From an uncultured Gammaproteobacteria bacterium (GTDB lineage: Bacteria > Patescibacteriota > Microgenomatia > Levybacterales > UBA12049), in NCBI GenBank assembly GCA_964507055.1, contig CAZDOJ010000001.1:1041313-1105312 (forward strand): DNA of 64,000 nt, read 5' to 3'. Shown in pieces: positions 28,391 to 37,587 of this stretch. The notes under the pieces were generated by a model. That model worked only from the letters and a program-made list of their open reading frames with translations, ran no database searches and had not been told where the DNA came from. Position numbers and translations under genes: made by a program. Numbering within the stretch: position 1 is the stretch's first letter; each line of letters starts with the position of its first letter.

Positions 28391-30700
28391 ATGGAACCTG
28401 CCCAACCAAATCCCAGTCAAACAGCACTCCAGACACCATCACCTGACCAAGGAGTTGTTCGACCAACGTCAGGTGAGCCTGTAACACCAGGAACAAAAAA
28501 GCCTCTACCAAAGAAAATATTTATTATCGGTGGTGCAATTTTCTTATTTATAATTGTTATTGTATTTGCATTAGTGTTTGGGAATAGTGGGAAGAAGCAA
28601 TCCGATATTTCCACGAACCCAACACCATCCAAAAGTGAAACTGGACTCGAGCAAGTAAAGACAACCCCAGCAGCACCAGATGCAAATAATCCACAACAAA
28701 TGATGGTTTATGGTGCATGGACAGGACAAACAACAGTAGTTAAGGGCGTTGATTTGGGTTCATCCAACAGCCTCCTTATTGCAACATTACCCCTGGAAGT
28801 AAAGAAAATTTCTATATTATCTTCACAAAACTTACTCTATATTGATCAGGTTGATACACAAGATCATGGTAAAAGGATTACTATTTATAATATAAAAAGT
28901 AAAACTTCGAGTCTCAGTATCCCTGCATCTGCAGGATATGGCATAGATGACTATGTTTTATCTCCAGATAAAAAATATATTGCTATATGGGAAGTCCAAT
29001 TCGCACAAGGTTCGCAAGTTTTACAGGGTGGAAGATCACGAGTATATGCAGTTGATCTATCCCGTCCGACTGTAAAGAATCTTCTCTATGATGAGGCTAT
29101 AAATACAACTGTACCGGTCCATTATCCAAGAGCTATCCTTAATAACGGTACAGTATTTGCTGATACCTTTATGGCGAATGACCCAAGTGGTGGGACAGGA
29201 TGGGCATATGGTATGAGTATTGTAGATTTCGATGGAACAAATAAGCGAGATATCGAATCAATGAAACGCGGAACGTATGGGACTCAACCATCACTTTCTC
29301 CCGATGGTAAATACATTTTATTTGCAGGCTACGATGGATCCAAAGGCGATGGTAATATACAGAATTCTGGATATAGACAAGCTATTTTGACACCAAATAC
29401 AATCGATGTCCTTAACACGCAATCACTAAAACGATTTACACTACCAAATCTTCCAAACACTAATATTTACTCTTCAGTTGGATGGGAAGTGGCAACGGGA
29501 AAGATCATTTATACACAACTATCTTCTGATTCACAAAAAACTGGGCTGTATTCATATGATTTGGGCCAGCAAACACCAACCGAGATAGTTATTCCTTCAG
29601 AGGCTAATGCCAATTATGGATATCTTTCTCAACTAAATGAAACAAAAGCACTTATTGGCTCACAAGATCTAAGTCCTTCAAACTTAGGTAATCTTGGAGA
29701 AACATATGCATATGCTTATACACAACTCGCACTCTTAGATCGACCTTCATCAAAAGTAAGTTATGTATCGATCCAAGATGCATTCGCACAATATATAACA
29801 CTATTGCCATCAAACTACTTTCAGTCAGTCCTAGGTGTCACCACTATGGCACAAGCATTGCCGCAACCAACTTTTGTGGATATGTACTCAAATCAGAATG
29901 ATGAAAAAGAGAACCTCCAGCTTTATACATTTTTCCTCAAATCTGATCTTGCAACAAAAAGATTAGTCCAGCAATCTACACCGATAGCATCTACTCCAGC
30001 TATTCTGAAACAGAATAAGAATAGTCCAACATGTGAACAACTTGCTGAGACGCAATGCCAAGCTACAGGAATGTCTACAGGAACTGAAGCATATGAAGAC
30101 TGTGTCAAGACAAATAAAAATATTAACAAAGGTACAGCAAAAGCTGAGGGACGCTGCCATGATTCTCCACTTTACCTTTATGGAGAACCCGGAAAAACAG
30201 TTCGTGTTACTATACAAACTCCTATTTATAATGCCTTGCCAGCTTCGTCAGGAGAATATGCGATAACACTTGGAAAGAACGGAGAAATGAATATCGCGGA
30301 TAAAACGTACCACAGTATTGCATACGATTACCAATCAAACCTAAAGAGAATTACTCCACCTGCAAAAGGTATCGTCGGAGCAAAGAAAGATGTGGAGAAA
30401 GTATTAAGACAATATGCTCAGAAACTTGGACTGAATGAGAAAGAAACAACAGATTTAGTTCAAGCAGGAAAAAAGAAAATAACTTCACAGTATGCATTTA
30501 TTTCATTCTTTACCCACGAACAATCTCAACAAATCTTGCCTATTTTGTTCTCACCAAAGCCAGATAATTATCTTAATGTTGTGTTCTACTTCAAACTTTA
30601 TGACACAAAACCGTCTTTTACTCCAGCTGCACCAACTTTTCCAGAACCAGTGAAGAGAAGTGGGTTCACAGCAATTGAAGTAAGCGAAATTGTTGAATAA
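28391..30700 (+). CDS. membrane-anchored surface protein, paralog B
   Basis: Co-linear with paralog A (VYGAWTGQ..., YGIDDYVLSPDKKYIAIWEVQFAQGS, HDSPLYLYGEPGK, NYLNVVFYFK, GFTAIEVSEIVE). The two genes are tandem, on the same strand, 43 nt apart. Confidence 0.6.
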   Translation: MEPAQPNPSQTALQTPSPDQGVVRPTSGEPVTPGTKKPLPKKIFIIGGAIFLFIIVIVFALVFGNSGKKQSDISTNPTPSKSETGLEQVKTTPAAPDANNPQQMMVYGAWTGQTTVVKGVDLGSSNSLLIATLPLEVKKISILSSQNLLYIDQVDTQDHGKRITIYNIKSKTSSLSIPASAGYGIDDYVLSPDKKYIAIWEVQFAQGSQVLQGGRSRVYAVDLSRPTVKNLLYDEAINTTVPVHYPRAILNNGTVFADTFMANDPSGGTGWAYGMSIVDFDGTNKRDIESMKRGTYGTQPSLSPDGKYILFAGYDGSKGDGNIQNSGYRQAILTPNTIDVLNTQSLKRFTLPNLPNTNIYSSVGWEVATGKIIYTQLSSDSQKTGLYSYDLGQQTPTEIVIPSEANANYGYLSQLNETKALIGSQDLSPSNLGNLGETYAYAYTQLALLDRPSSKVSYVSIQDAFAQYITLLPSNYFQSVLGVTTMAQALPQPTFVDMYSNQNDEKENLQLYTFFLKSDLATKRLVQQSTPIASTPAILKQNKNSPTCEQLAETQCQATGMSTGTEAYEDCVKTNKNINKGTAKAEGRCHDSPLYLYGEPGKTVRVTIQTPIYNALPASSGEYAITLGKNGEMNIADKTYHSIAYDYQSNLKRITPPAKGIVGAKKDVEKVLRQYAQKLGLNEKETTDLVQAGKKKITSQYAFISFFTHEQSQQILPILFSPKPDNYLNVVFYFKLYDTKPSFTPAAPTFPEPVKRSGFTAIEVSEIVE

Positions 30701-30791
30701 CTTCCCTCTTTAAATTTGATATCTTGTACAAAGCTTCAGAAAATTGTGGTTTCAGAGTAAAAGTAGGGGAGTCTACCCTATTCAAAAATAA

Positions 30792-31871
30792 CTAAAAATA
30801 GGAGTATGCCCAAAATGAAAAGCTTGTAATACCTCTCGTACGCAAATATTGCTGCTTTTGTCGAACCGATGTCATATCCTCGAACCAAACAATATGTTTC
30901 TGTCCTTGAGCATCTGTATAGGTAATTTTTGTCTCTGAAGACTGCTGATCACGTTTAATTTTGCAATCTGTGTAGTTACAAGTATTGAGAAATTTCTCTT
31001 CAATCTCTTTATATGTTAAAGGATCACCTTGAGAGACAGCCTTGCCACTATTATCAACTTCCCAGTCGTATCCAAACATTCCAAAAATGATAGTGACATT
31101 CTTGGACGGTGAATATTGCAATATATCATCTGCCAGTTTTGTCATATCATATCCATATGTTTCTTTCCCTTGAAGAGGGAAATTGGGTCCAGGATTCGAA
31201 CGTGACTTATGAAAGTCATATGCCATAAGCATAAAATTATTATTGGCTTCAGAAAGAGCTTTGACATCAAAAGGACGCAACCTATAAAATGTATCACCAT
31301 AAAGTGCCATAGTAAAAGTTAAATTCGCACTTTTTGTTTTCGTCGCAAAAGCATTGGAGAAAGTACTTATTTGATTGACAAGGGAATCAAAGGGAATAGC
31401 ACTCATTTCTAGGTCTAAAACAACACCCGAAAAACCATTTTGTCTTGCAAATGATATACTTTGATCTATTATTCGAGCTTGTGCATTTTTATCTTTTAGA
31501 ATATCCGCATTTGTCTCAGAATCAACCATCCTCAAGACCAACAACATATTTTTTCCGCTAGGAACTTTTTCTTTAAAATCATCTATACGTCGTGCTCCAT
31601 CTTCTTGTGCAATCCCTTTTGCATTTGGAGTTATACCAAAATAGAGATATTGATCATAGCCTGTATAGATTTCGTCACCAATCGCCCAATAGGGGACAAA
31701 GACGGATGTTACGGTCTTCTGATTTGGATTAATGGGAATAGAAGGGGTGGGAGAGAGAACTGTTTCAGAGACAGGCTGTGCAAGATCTTTTCCAATTTTC
31801 ACACGTGCAGCTTGTATAACAACAAATCCCAATGCAAACAAAAGCAGCACAACAGCAATAAAGCGTTTCAT
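30792..31871 (-). CDS. secreted glycoside hydrolase family 18-like protein
   Basis: Signal peptide MKRFIAVVLLLFALGFVVIQAA. GH18-like motifs are FVPYWA, GFSGVVLDLE (a degenerate DxxDxDxE that retains the terminal DxE) and LMAYDFHKSRSNPGPNFPL (the MxYD motif). Confidence 0.5.
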   Translation of the reverse strand: MKRFIAVVLLLFALGFVVIQAARVKIGKDLAQPVSETVLSPTPSIPINPNQKTVTSVFVPYWAIGDEIYTGYDQYLYFGITPNAKGIAQEDGARRIDDFKEKVPSGKNMLLVLRMVDSETNADILKDKNAQARIIDQSISFARQNGFSGVVLDLEMSAIPFDSLVNQISTFSNAFATKTKSANLTFTMALYGDTFYRLRPFDVKALSEANNNFMLMAYDFHKSRSNPGPNFPLQGKETYGYDMTKLADDILQYSPSKNVTIIFGMFGYDWEVDNSGKAVSQGDPLTYKEIEEKFLNTCNYTDCKIKRDQQSSETKITYTDAQGQKHIVWFEDMTSVRQKQQYLRTRGITSFSFWAYSYF

Positions 31872-31926
31872 ATATGTATTATACCTTACTCTTCCAGAAT
31901 GCCGTTTTTTGCACTATACTTAATAT

Positions 31927-32364
31927 ATGGAAACTGAAAAGAAAGCAATCTTTTTTAATATACTTTTGGTAATTACAACTCTATACATTTTGGCCACAGG
32001 ACCGTTCTATGTTGTAGAAAATCTCACATTTGTTATGGTACAGGTATTTGGCGTTTTGCTTATACTGTGGGCACTTCTTGCAAAGAAGATGAATCATACT
32101 TCTCACAAGCTTCCCAAAGGGTATTTCTGGGTTTCAAAAGGACCATATGAAATTATCCGGCATCCTATCTATGCAGGATATTTGCTCATCGTATCAAGTC
32201 TCGTTCAATATAATTTTGATATTATTCGCATTACTGCATTTTTCATAATTATTGCTGTAATTTTCCTAAAGATTATTCGAGAAGAATTAACTATGCAGCA
32301 AGAGATCAAAGAGTACGGGGATTATATGAAAAATACTAAAAGAATTATTCCGTATTTTCTTTAG
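31927..32364 (+). CDS. isoprenylcysteine carboxyl methyltransferase (ICMT)/phospholipid methyltransferase-family membrane protein
   Basis: 4-TM, 145-aa protein with RHPIYAGYLL and the C-terminal REE.L...FG..Y..Y signature of the ICMT/PEMT family. Confidence 0.6.
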   Translation: METEKKAIFFNILLVITTLYILATGPFYVVENLTFVMVQVFGVLLILWALLAKKMNHTSHKLPKGYFWVSKGPYEIIRHPIYAGYLLIVSSLVQYNFDIIRITAFFIIIAVIFLKIIREELTMQQEIKEYGDYMKNTKRIIPYFL

Positions 32365-33031
32365 GCAAATCTTCTCGTTTGAGAATAATAAAATATTCTT
32401 CTTTCCTTCGAACACGAAAAGCTCCTAGAATATTATCAATATCATGTTTTTGCGATTCATGTTTGGACATTGCTGCAACTTTTTGTTCCCACACTGGTTC
32501 GATATTTACAACTTTTGATATATCGCTGTCTTTATAACCTGGTGGGAAATAAATAAAGTATGGCTTTTGAAATGAGCGAGCATATTCAGACATGCAATAA
32601 TACCAAAGTTCTTGGACAGACTGTACACGTTCAAAAACAAAGCTCGTAATCATCGATACTGCCATATGGTCTATATGACCAGATACACCTCGAGGTTCAT
32701 ATGTTATGAGTATTTCAGGATCTAATTGTTCAACCTTTGATTGAACTTTTTCAGCAATTTTGTGATAGAGATTGTTAGAAAGCGTACCGTCTTTATAATC
32801 AAGAAAGAAAACCTCTTTAACGCCTATTGTAGCTGCTGAGGCCTTCATCTCTTCACGTCGTATTTCCCCAAGACTGGATGTTTCTGAGTTTTTAAGGCTA
32901 TTTAGCCCTGCATCACCATTGGTGACACAAATAATATATACATCCCGTTCTTTGGCAAAAAGAGCCATTGTACCCCCTGGACCAAAGACCTCATCGTCTG
33001 GGTGTGCAAATATCGCTACTGCTGGCTTCAT
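32345..33031 (-). CDS. PIG-L/LmbE-family N-acetylglucosaminyl deacetylase
   Basis: AIFAHPDDEV zinc-binding motif at the N-terminus; HxDH later (SGHIDHMA); 228 aa. Confidence 0.75.
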   Translation of the reverse strand: MKPAVAIFAHPDDEVFGPGGTMALFAKERDVYIICVTNGDAGLNSLKNSETSSLGEIRREEMKASAATIGVKEVFFLDYKDGTLSNNLYHKIAEKVQSKVEQLDPEILITYEPRGVSGHIDHMAVSMITSFVFERVQSVQELWYYCMSEYARSFQKPYFIYFPPGYKDSDISKVVNIEPVWEQKVAAMSKHESQKHDIDNILGAFRVRRKEEYFIILKREDLPKENTE

Positions 33032-33681
33032 ATAAATCTATTATATCAAGCTTTTTCAATTATTTGGTAGGGGATGCAAATTTTTCTTTTTTTCTTAAAT
33101 CTCAGAAAGCAGTTTTTTTATTAAAATCTATATGCGAGTTTTTTGCATTCAGCAGGGGAGTCAAAAAGTTGCTTTTGGCAGGGGAGTCTCATCATGTTAT
33201 TTTTCATAAAATTTTATTGCTATCTTGCAACGAAAATTTTCTTTCGTTAGTAAGAATAAATATAGTAAACCAGAATTAAATTCAAACTCTGATTTTATAG
33301 TTATCCACAAAAAAGCCTTTTCGTATTTTTTTAATAGAAGCAGTTGATTATCCTTAGCAGAAAATAGACCCTATAATATAATAAGACTGGTGTTCAACAC
33401 TGTATCATTTGTGGCTAGATCAAACCGTTAGGCCCTATAAGATGTGTTCGTATTTTTTTTACATTATGTCGTGAAAAGTTAAGCTTGTGAAAATAATATG
33501 ATATAGTTGTATATAATAATTCTATGGGCCTAAATGATATAGTTTGCACTACTCTCTTCCCTGTCTTTATGCCTAATATATCTCTTTTTGTAGAAAATTA
33601 AAACTCTCTGGATTAAATAAAATGTTTAAAAGAATTACAATTTATTAGAAGTCAGTAAATAATATAGAAGTTACAATAGAA

Positions 33682-35823
33682 TTATTGCTCTACTCTACCT
33701 GTGAAAGTGGATTTAGCGAGAAGTCCATCAACGATGTTCTTCGGTACGTATTCATAGTGACTTGGTTCCATATAGAAACTTGCTCGACCTTTGGTAAGAC
33801 TTCGAAGTTGTGTTGCATAACCTGAAAGCTCAGAAAGTGGAACTTGTGCCAAGATAATTGTTGCATTCCCCCGCTCTTCTGATCCTCCGATTTGTGCTCG
33901 CTTTGATGAAAGATCTCCCATAACTTCTCCCATATATTCACTTGGAAGTGTAACTTCAACTTTCATAATAGGTTCAAGGAGTGTAATCCCTGCTTTCTTT
34001 GAAGCGGCCTGGATTGCTTGAGATGCAGCAATCTTAAAGGCAACTTCTGAAGAGTCAACATCGTGGTATGAACCATCATAGCAAGTAACTTTAACATCAA
34101 TAAGTGGGAATCCGAGAAGTACACCGTTATCAAGTGTTTCTTTAACACCTTTTTCAACAGCTTTAATAAATTCTGCAGGAATAGCTCCACCTTTAATAGC
34201 ATTAACGAATTCATACCCTTCACCTCGAGGTTTTGGTTCAAGTCGGAGGTAACAGTGACCATATTGTCCTCGTCCACCTGACTGCTTAATATATTTACCT
34301 TCTGCTTCAGCCATTTGTGAAATTGCTTCTTTGTATGCAACTTGAGGGGCACCAACATTTGCTTCGACACCAAATTCTCGCTTCATACGATCAACCATGA
34401 TTTCAAGCTGAAGCTCTCCAATACCCGAAATGATTGTTTGGCCTGTTTCGTGATTTGTTTTTACTGTAAAGGTAGGATCTTCTTCTTGAAGTCTCTTCAT
34501 TGAGTAACCAAGTTTTTCTTGATCTGATTTCGTCTTTGGTTCAATCGCAAGAGAGATAACTGGTTCTGGGAATGTAATTTGCTCAAGAATGATTTGCTTA
34601 TCTTCATCACAAAGAGTATCTCCAGTAATGGTATCTTTCAAACCAACAATAGCCACGATTTCCCCAGCGTAAGCTTCTTTTATTTCTTCACGATCATTCG
34701 CATGCATCATAAGAAGACGACCAATACGCTCTTTTACACCTTTATTTGCATTATAAACATAAGATCCTGCAGAGAGTTTTCCTGAATACACACGGAAATA
34801 TGCTAGCTTACCAACGTGGGGATCGTTTTGAATCTTAAATGCTAATCCTGAAAATGCTTCATCAGGAACAAGATTTCGTAATTCTTCAGCATTAGTTTTC
34901 GGATTTATACCTTTAACCGCATCTAAATCTTGAGGTGATGGAAGGTAATCCACAACAGCATCAAGAAGTGGTTGTACACCTTTGTTTCGAAGTGAAGTAC
35001 CTGCGTACATAGGTACTAATTTATAAGCAATAACAGCTGCACGAAGTGCTTTTCGAAGCTCTTCAACTGTTGGCTCTTCCCCACCAAGATACTTTTCAAG
35101 CATTGCATCGTCAGTTTCAGCAATCTTCTCAATAAGCTTATTTCGGTACTCTTCGACTTGATCCTTCATGTCTTCTGGAACCTCTTGCTTTACTTCATAT
35201 TTCGCACCAAGCTCATCAGAACCCCAGATGTATGATTCACGAGTCAAAAGATCGACATTTCCCTGATATGTGTTTTCTGCTCCGATTGGAAGAACCATAA
35301 TCGCAGGATTTGCGCCAAGTCGATCTTCAACACTTTTGACAGTCTTAAGGAAGTCTGCACCAAGCTTATCCATCTTGTTAACAAAACAAATACGTGGAAC
35401 TTTATATTTATCAGCTTGTCTCCACACTGTTTCAGACTGTGACTGAACACCTTCTTCAGCATCCAACACTGTGATTCCACCATCAAGAACACGAAGTGAG
35501 CGTTCTACTTCAGCTGTAAAATCTACGTGACCAGGAGTATCAATGATGTTGAATCGAGTGTCGAGACCAACAAACATACCTGTTCTTGGAGTCCAAAACG
35601 CAGTTGTAGCCGCTGATACGATAGTAATACCACGCTCTTTTTCTTGCTCCATCCAGTCCATTTGTGTATTACCTTCATCAATGTCACCAATCTTGTAGGT
35701 ACGACCTGTGTAGAAAAGGATGCGTTCTGTTGTTGTGGTTTTTCCTGCGTCAATATGTGCAATAATTCCGATATTTCGAATGCGGTCTAAAGGATAAATA
35801 CGTGATTTCTTGTCGTCTGCCAT
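33682..35823 (-). CDS. fusA: elongation factor G
   Basis: [26 protein letters not shown]-motifs plus full domains II-V (713 aa). Confidence 0.97.
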   Translation of the reverse strand: MADDKKSRIYPLDRIRNIGIIAHIDAGKTTTTERILFYTGRTYKIGDIDEGNTQMDWMEQEKERGITIVSAATTAFWTPRTGMFVGLDTRFNIIDTPGHVDFTAEVERSLRVLDGGITVLDAEEGVQSQSETVWRQADKYKVPRICFVNKMDKLGADFLKTVKSVEDRLGANPAIMVLPIGAENTYQGNVDLLTRESYIWGSDELGAKYEVKQEVPEDMKDQVEEYRNKLIEKIAETDDAMLEKYLGGEEPTVEELRKALRAAVIAYKLVPMYAGTSLRNKGVQPLLDAVVDYLPSPQDLDAVKGINPKTNAEELRNLVPDEAFSGLAFKIQNDPHVGKLAYFRVYSGKLSAGSYVYNANKGVKERIGRLLMMHANDREEIKEAYAGEIVAIVGLKDTITGDTLCDEDKQIILEQITFPEPVISLAIEPKTKSDQEKLGYSMKRLQEEDPTFTVKTNHETGQTIISGIGELQLEIMVDRMKREFGVEANVGAPQVAYKEAISQMAEAEGKYIKQSGGRGQYGHCYLRLEPKPRGEGYEFVNAIKGGAIPAEFIKAVEKGVKETLDNGVLLGFPLIDVKVTCYDGSYHDVDSSEVAFKIAASQAIQAASKKAGITLLEPIMKVEVTLPSEYMGEVMGDLSSKRAQIGGSEERGNATIILAQVPLSELSGYATQLRSLTKGRASFYMEPSHYEYVPKNIVDGLLAKSTFTGRVEQ

Positions 35824-35831
35824 AATATTTC

Positions 35832-35856
35832 AAAAAAATCATCCCGAGTTTTCGGG
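35832..35856 (-). promoter_or_regulatory. hairpin + U-run immediately 5' of fusA start codon
   Basis: On the minus strand, CCCGA-AAAC-UCGGG is followed by AUGA and U7, ending 8 nt before the fusA ATG. No Shine-Dalgarno sequence lies between it and the start. Confidence 0.35.
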
Positions 35857-35983
35857 ACGTGCAAAAAGTATACCATACTTATCACCTCTTTTCCATAGCA
35901 TTTTTTGAACCTATGTTAGATTTGCAAAGCTTTAGCGTGTGGTATACACTAAAATTAAGCCGTGTTGTATCAACGACGGCTTT

Positions 35984-36598
35984 ATGGCTATGGCTGAGAA
36001 TACTGTCCCGTCAATTAATCTATTACCAAAGAAAGGTGAAAGTTTATTAACGCAATTTCTTAATTGGACCCTTACAATAGGTCGATTGCTTATTATTATT
36101 GTGGAGTTTGTCGCACTTGGGACATTCCTCTTCCGCTTTGATTTAGATATGAAGATTGTTGACCTTAAAGATAAAATTGAAGCACAAAGCTTCATCGTAG
36201 CAAACTTTCAAAAATCTGAGACAAATTTTCGTGACATTCAGGATCGATTATCACTAGTTGAACGCTATGAAGAAATCGGAGGAACAACATCAGGCATTTT
36301 CCGAGACATCACAAAGCTTGGTGAAGGCAAAGTCACTTTTAAAGATCTTACTGTGGAACCAGAAAATGCAAAAATTGAAGCACAAGCTGGTTCACCAGCA
36401 GCACTGATGGCATTTGTGGCAGCACTGAAGAATCATCCATCTATTACGGGAGTCATTGTGGATAAGGTACAAAACAGTGCATCAACCTCACTTGTGAGCG
36501 TCAGTATTACTGCAACACTGAAACTACAAGCATTTGAAAAAGATGAACCAGTTAATCCAAATGCAGGTCAAGCTGCACCGATACTAGAGACTGAATAA
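35984..36598 (+). CDS. pilN: type IV pilus assembly protein PilN
   Basis: Signature INLLP motif (PSINLLPKKGESL) followed by a TM helix and a periplasmic domain. Start trimmed to MAMAEN. Confidence 0.7.
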   Translation: MAMAENTVPSINLLPKKGESLLTQFLNWTLTIGRLLIIIVEFVALGTFLFRFDLDMKIVDLKDKIEAQSFIVANFQKSETNFRDIQDRLSLVERYEEIGGTTSGIFRDITKLGEGKVTFKDLTVEPENAKIEAQAGSPAALMAFVAALKNHPSITGVIVDKVQNSASTSLVSVSITATLKLQAFEKDEPVNPNAGQAAPILETE

Positions 36599-36600
36599 TT

Positions 36601-37221
36601 ATGAAACTGCCTAAAAGTTATTTTGAAAATTTGTCAGCGACAAAATATCGCGAGTATCTAAAACTTCTTCCAAATATGGAAAAGGAGAATACTCGTGCAT
36701 TTGTAACGATTGGACTCACATTTGCGGCTCTTATATTCTTTGGAATTTTTGCAATCAACCCTACCCTCACAACAATTGCAGAATTGCAGAAAGAATTGGA
36801 AGACAATCAAATGGTTGATCAACAGCTTACGGCAAAAATTAATAACCTTAGCTTGTTACAACAACAGTACAATTTATTAGAGAAAGATTTACCAGTTGTT
36901 TATGATGCAATACCAAAAACAGCGGAGGCCCCACTTTTGAGTGCTCAAATTGAATCACTGGCCAAAAAGCACAACTTAACAATAACGACATATCGAATTG
37001 CAGAAGTACAGCTCGCATCAAACAAGCAGAAATTAACAAAGACTTCTTCATTTACCTTCACACTTGAAGCTGAAGGAAATTATCAAAACATGATTAATTT
37101 CTCAACGGATTTGGCTGAATTAAGTAGAATTGTAACGGTAGAATCAATGAGTATCGGAAGAGATAGTAAAACAAATGATCTTTTACTTTCGTTACGAGGA
37201 AGACAATATTTTAAACCATAA
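36601..37221 (+). CDS. pilO: type IV pilus assembly protein PilO
   Basis: N-terminal TM (VTIGLTFAALIFFGIFAINP), a coiled-coil (ELQKELEDNQMVDQQLTAKINNL), then a ferredoxin-like C-terminal domain; it follows pilN by 2 nt. Confidence 0.65.
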   Translation: MKLPKSYFENLSATKYREYLKLLPNMEKENTRAFVTIGLTFAALIFFGIFAINPTLTTIAELQKELEDNQMVDQQLTAKINNLSLLQQQYNLLEKDLPVVYDAIPKTAEAPLLSAQIESLAKKHNLTITTYRIAEVQLASNKQKLTKTSSFTFTLEAEGNYQNMINFSTDLAELSRIVTVESMSIGRDSKTNDLLLSLRGRQYFKP

Positions 37222-37224
37222 ACT

Positions 37225-37587
37225 ATGCGAGGAAAAAAACAATATAACAGACAAAAAGATATACTTTTTATTCTTGGGTCATCCTTTGTTGTTGTAGTGG
37301 CATGGATTGGATTTAACCTTTATCACATCTATGTTACTTCTACTGTAAGTGAAGAAATACAAGTACAGTTAACGCCGATTAACCCTACTTTTAATACAGA
37401 TCTTATTCGAGAACTTAAATCACGCGATAAAGTGAACCCACTATTTGAAAAGCAATCGACAGCATCACGATCGGCTGGAACTCCTACCATTGAACCAACA
37501 CCAGAAGCTTCTTCTTCTGGAACACTCGAAACTTCATCACGATTTGCACCAGAAGATACAGTCATCGCAACAAGATCAGGACAATGA
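37225..37587 (+). CDS. small single-pass membrane protein (PilP-position ORF)
   Basis: One TM helix (ILFILGSSFVVVVAWIGFNL) and a Ser/Thr/Pro-rich tail. It overlaps the next gene by 4 nt, so the two are translationally coupled. Confidence 0.45.
   Translation: MRGKKQYNRQKDILFILGSSFVVVVAWIGFNLYHIYVTSTVSEEIQVQLTPINPTFNTDLIRELKSRDKVNPLFEKQSTASRSAGTPTIEPTPEASSSGTLETSSRFAPEDTVIATRSGQ

Noticed and set aside
32968-33279. 103-aa ORF spanning the deacetylase start and the long spacer
   Set aside because: It overlaps the PIG-L gene antisense and is low-complexity (FFNYLVGDANFSFFLKS) with no RBS, so I treat the region as non-coding.
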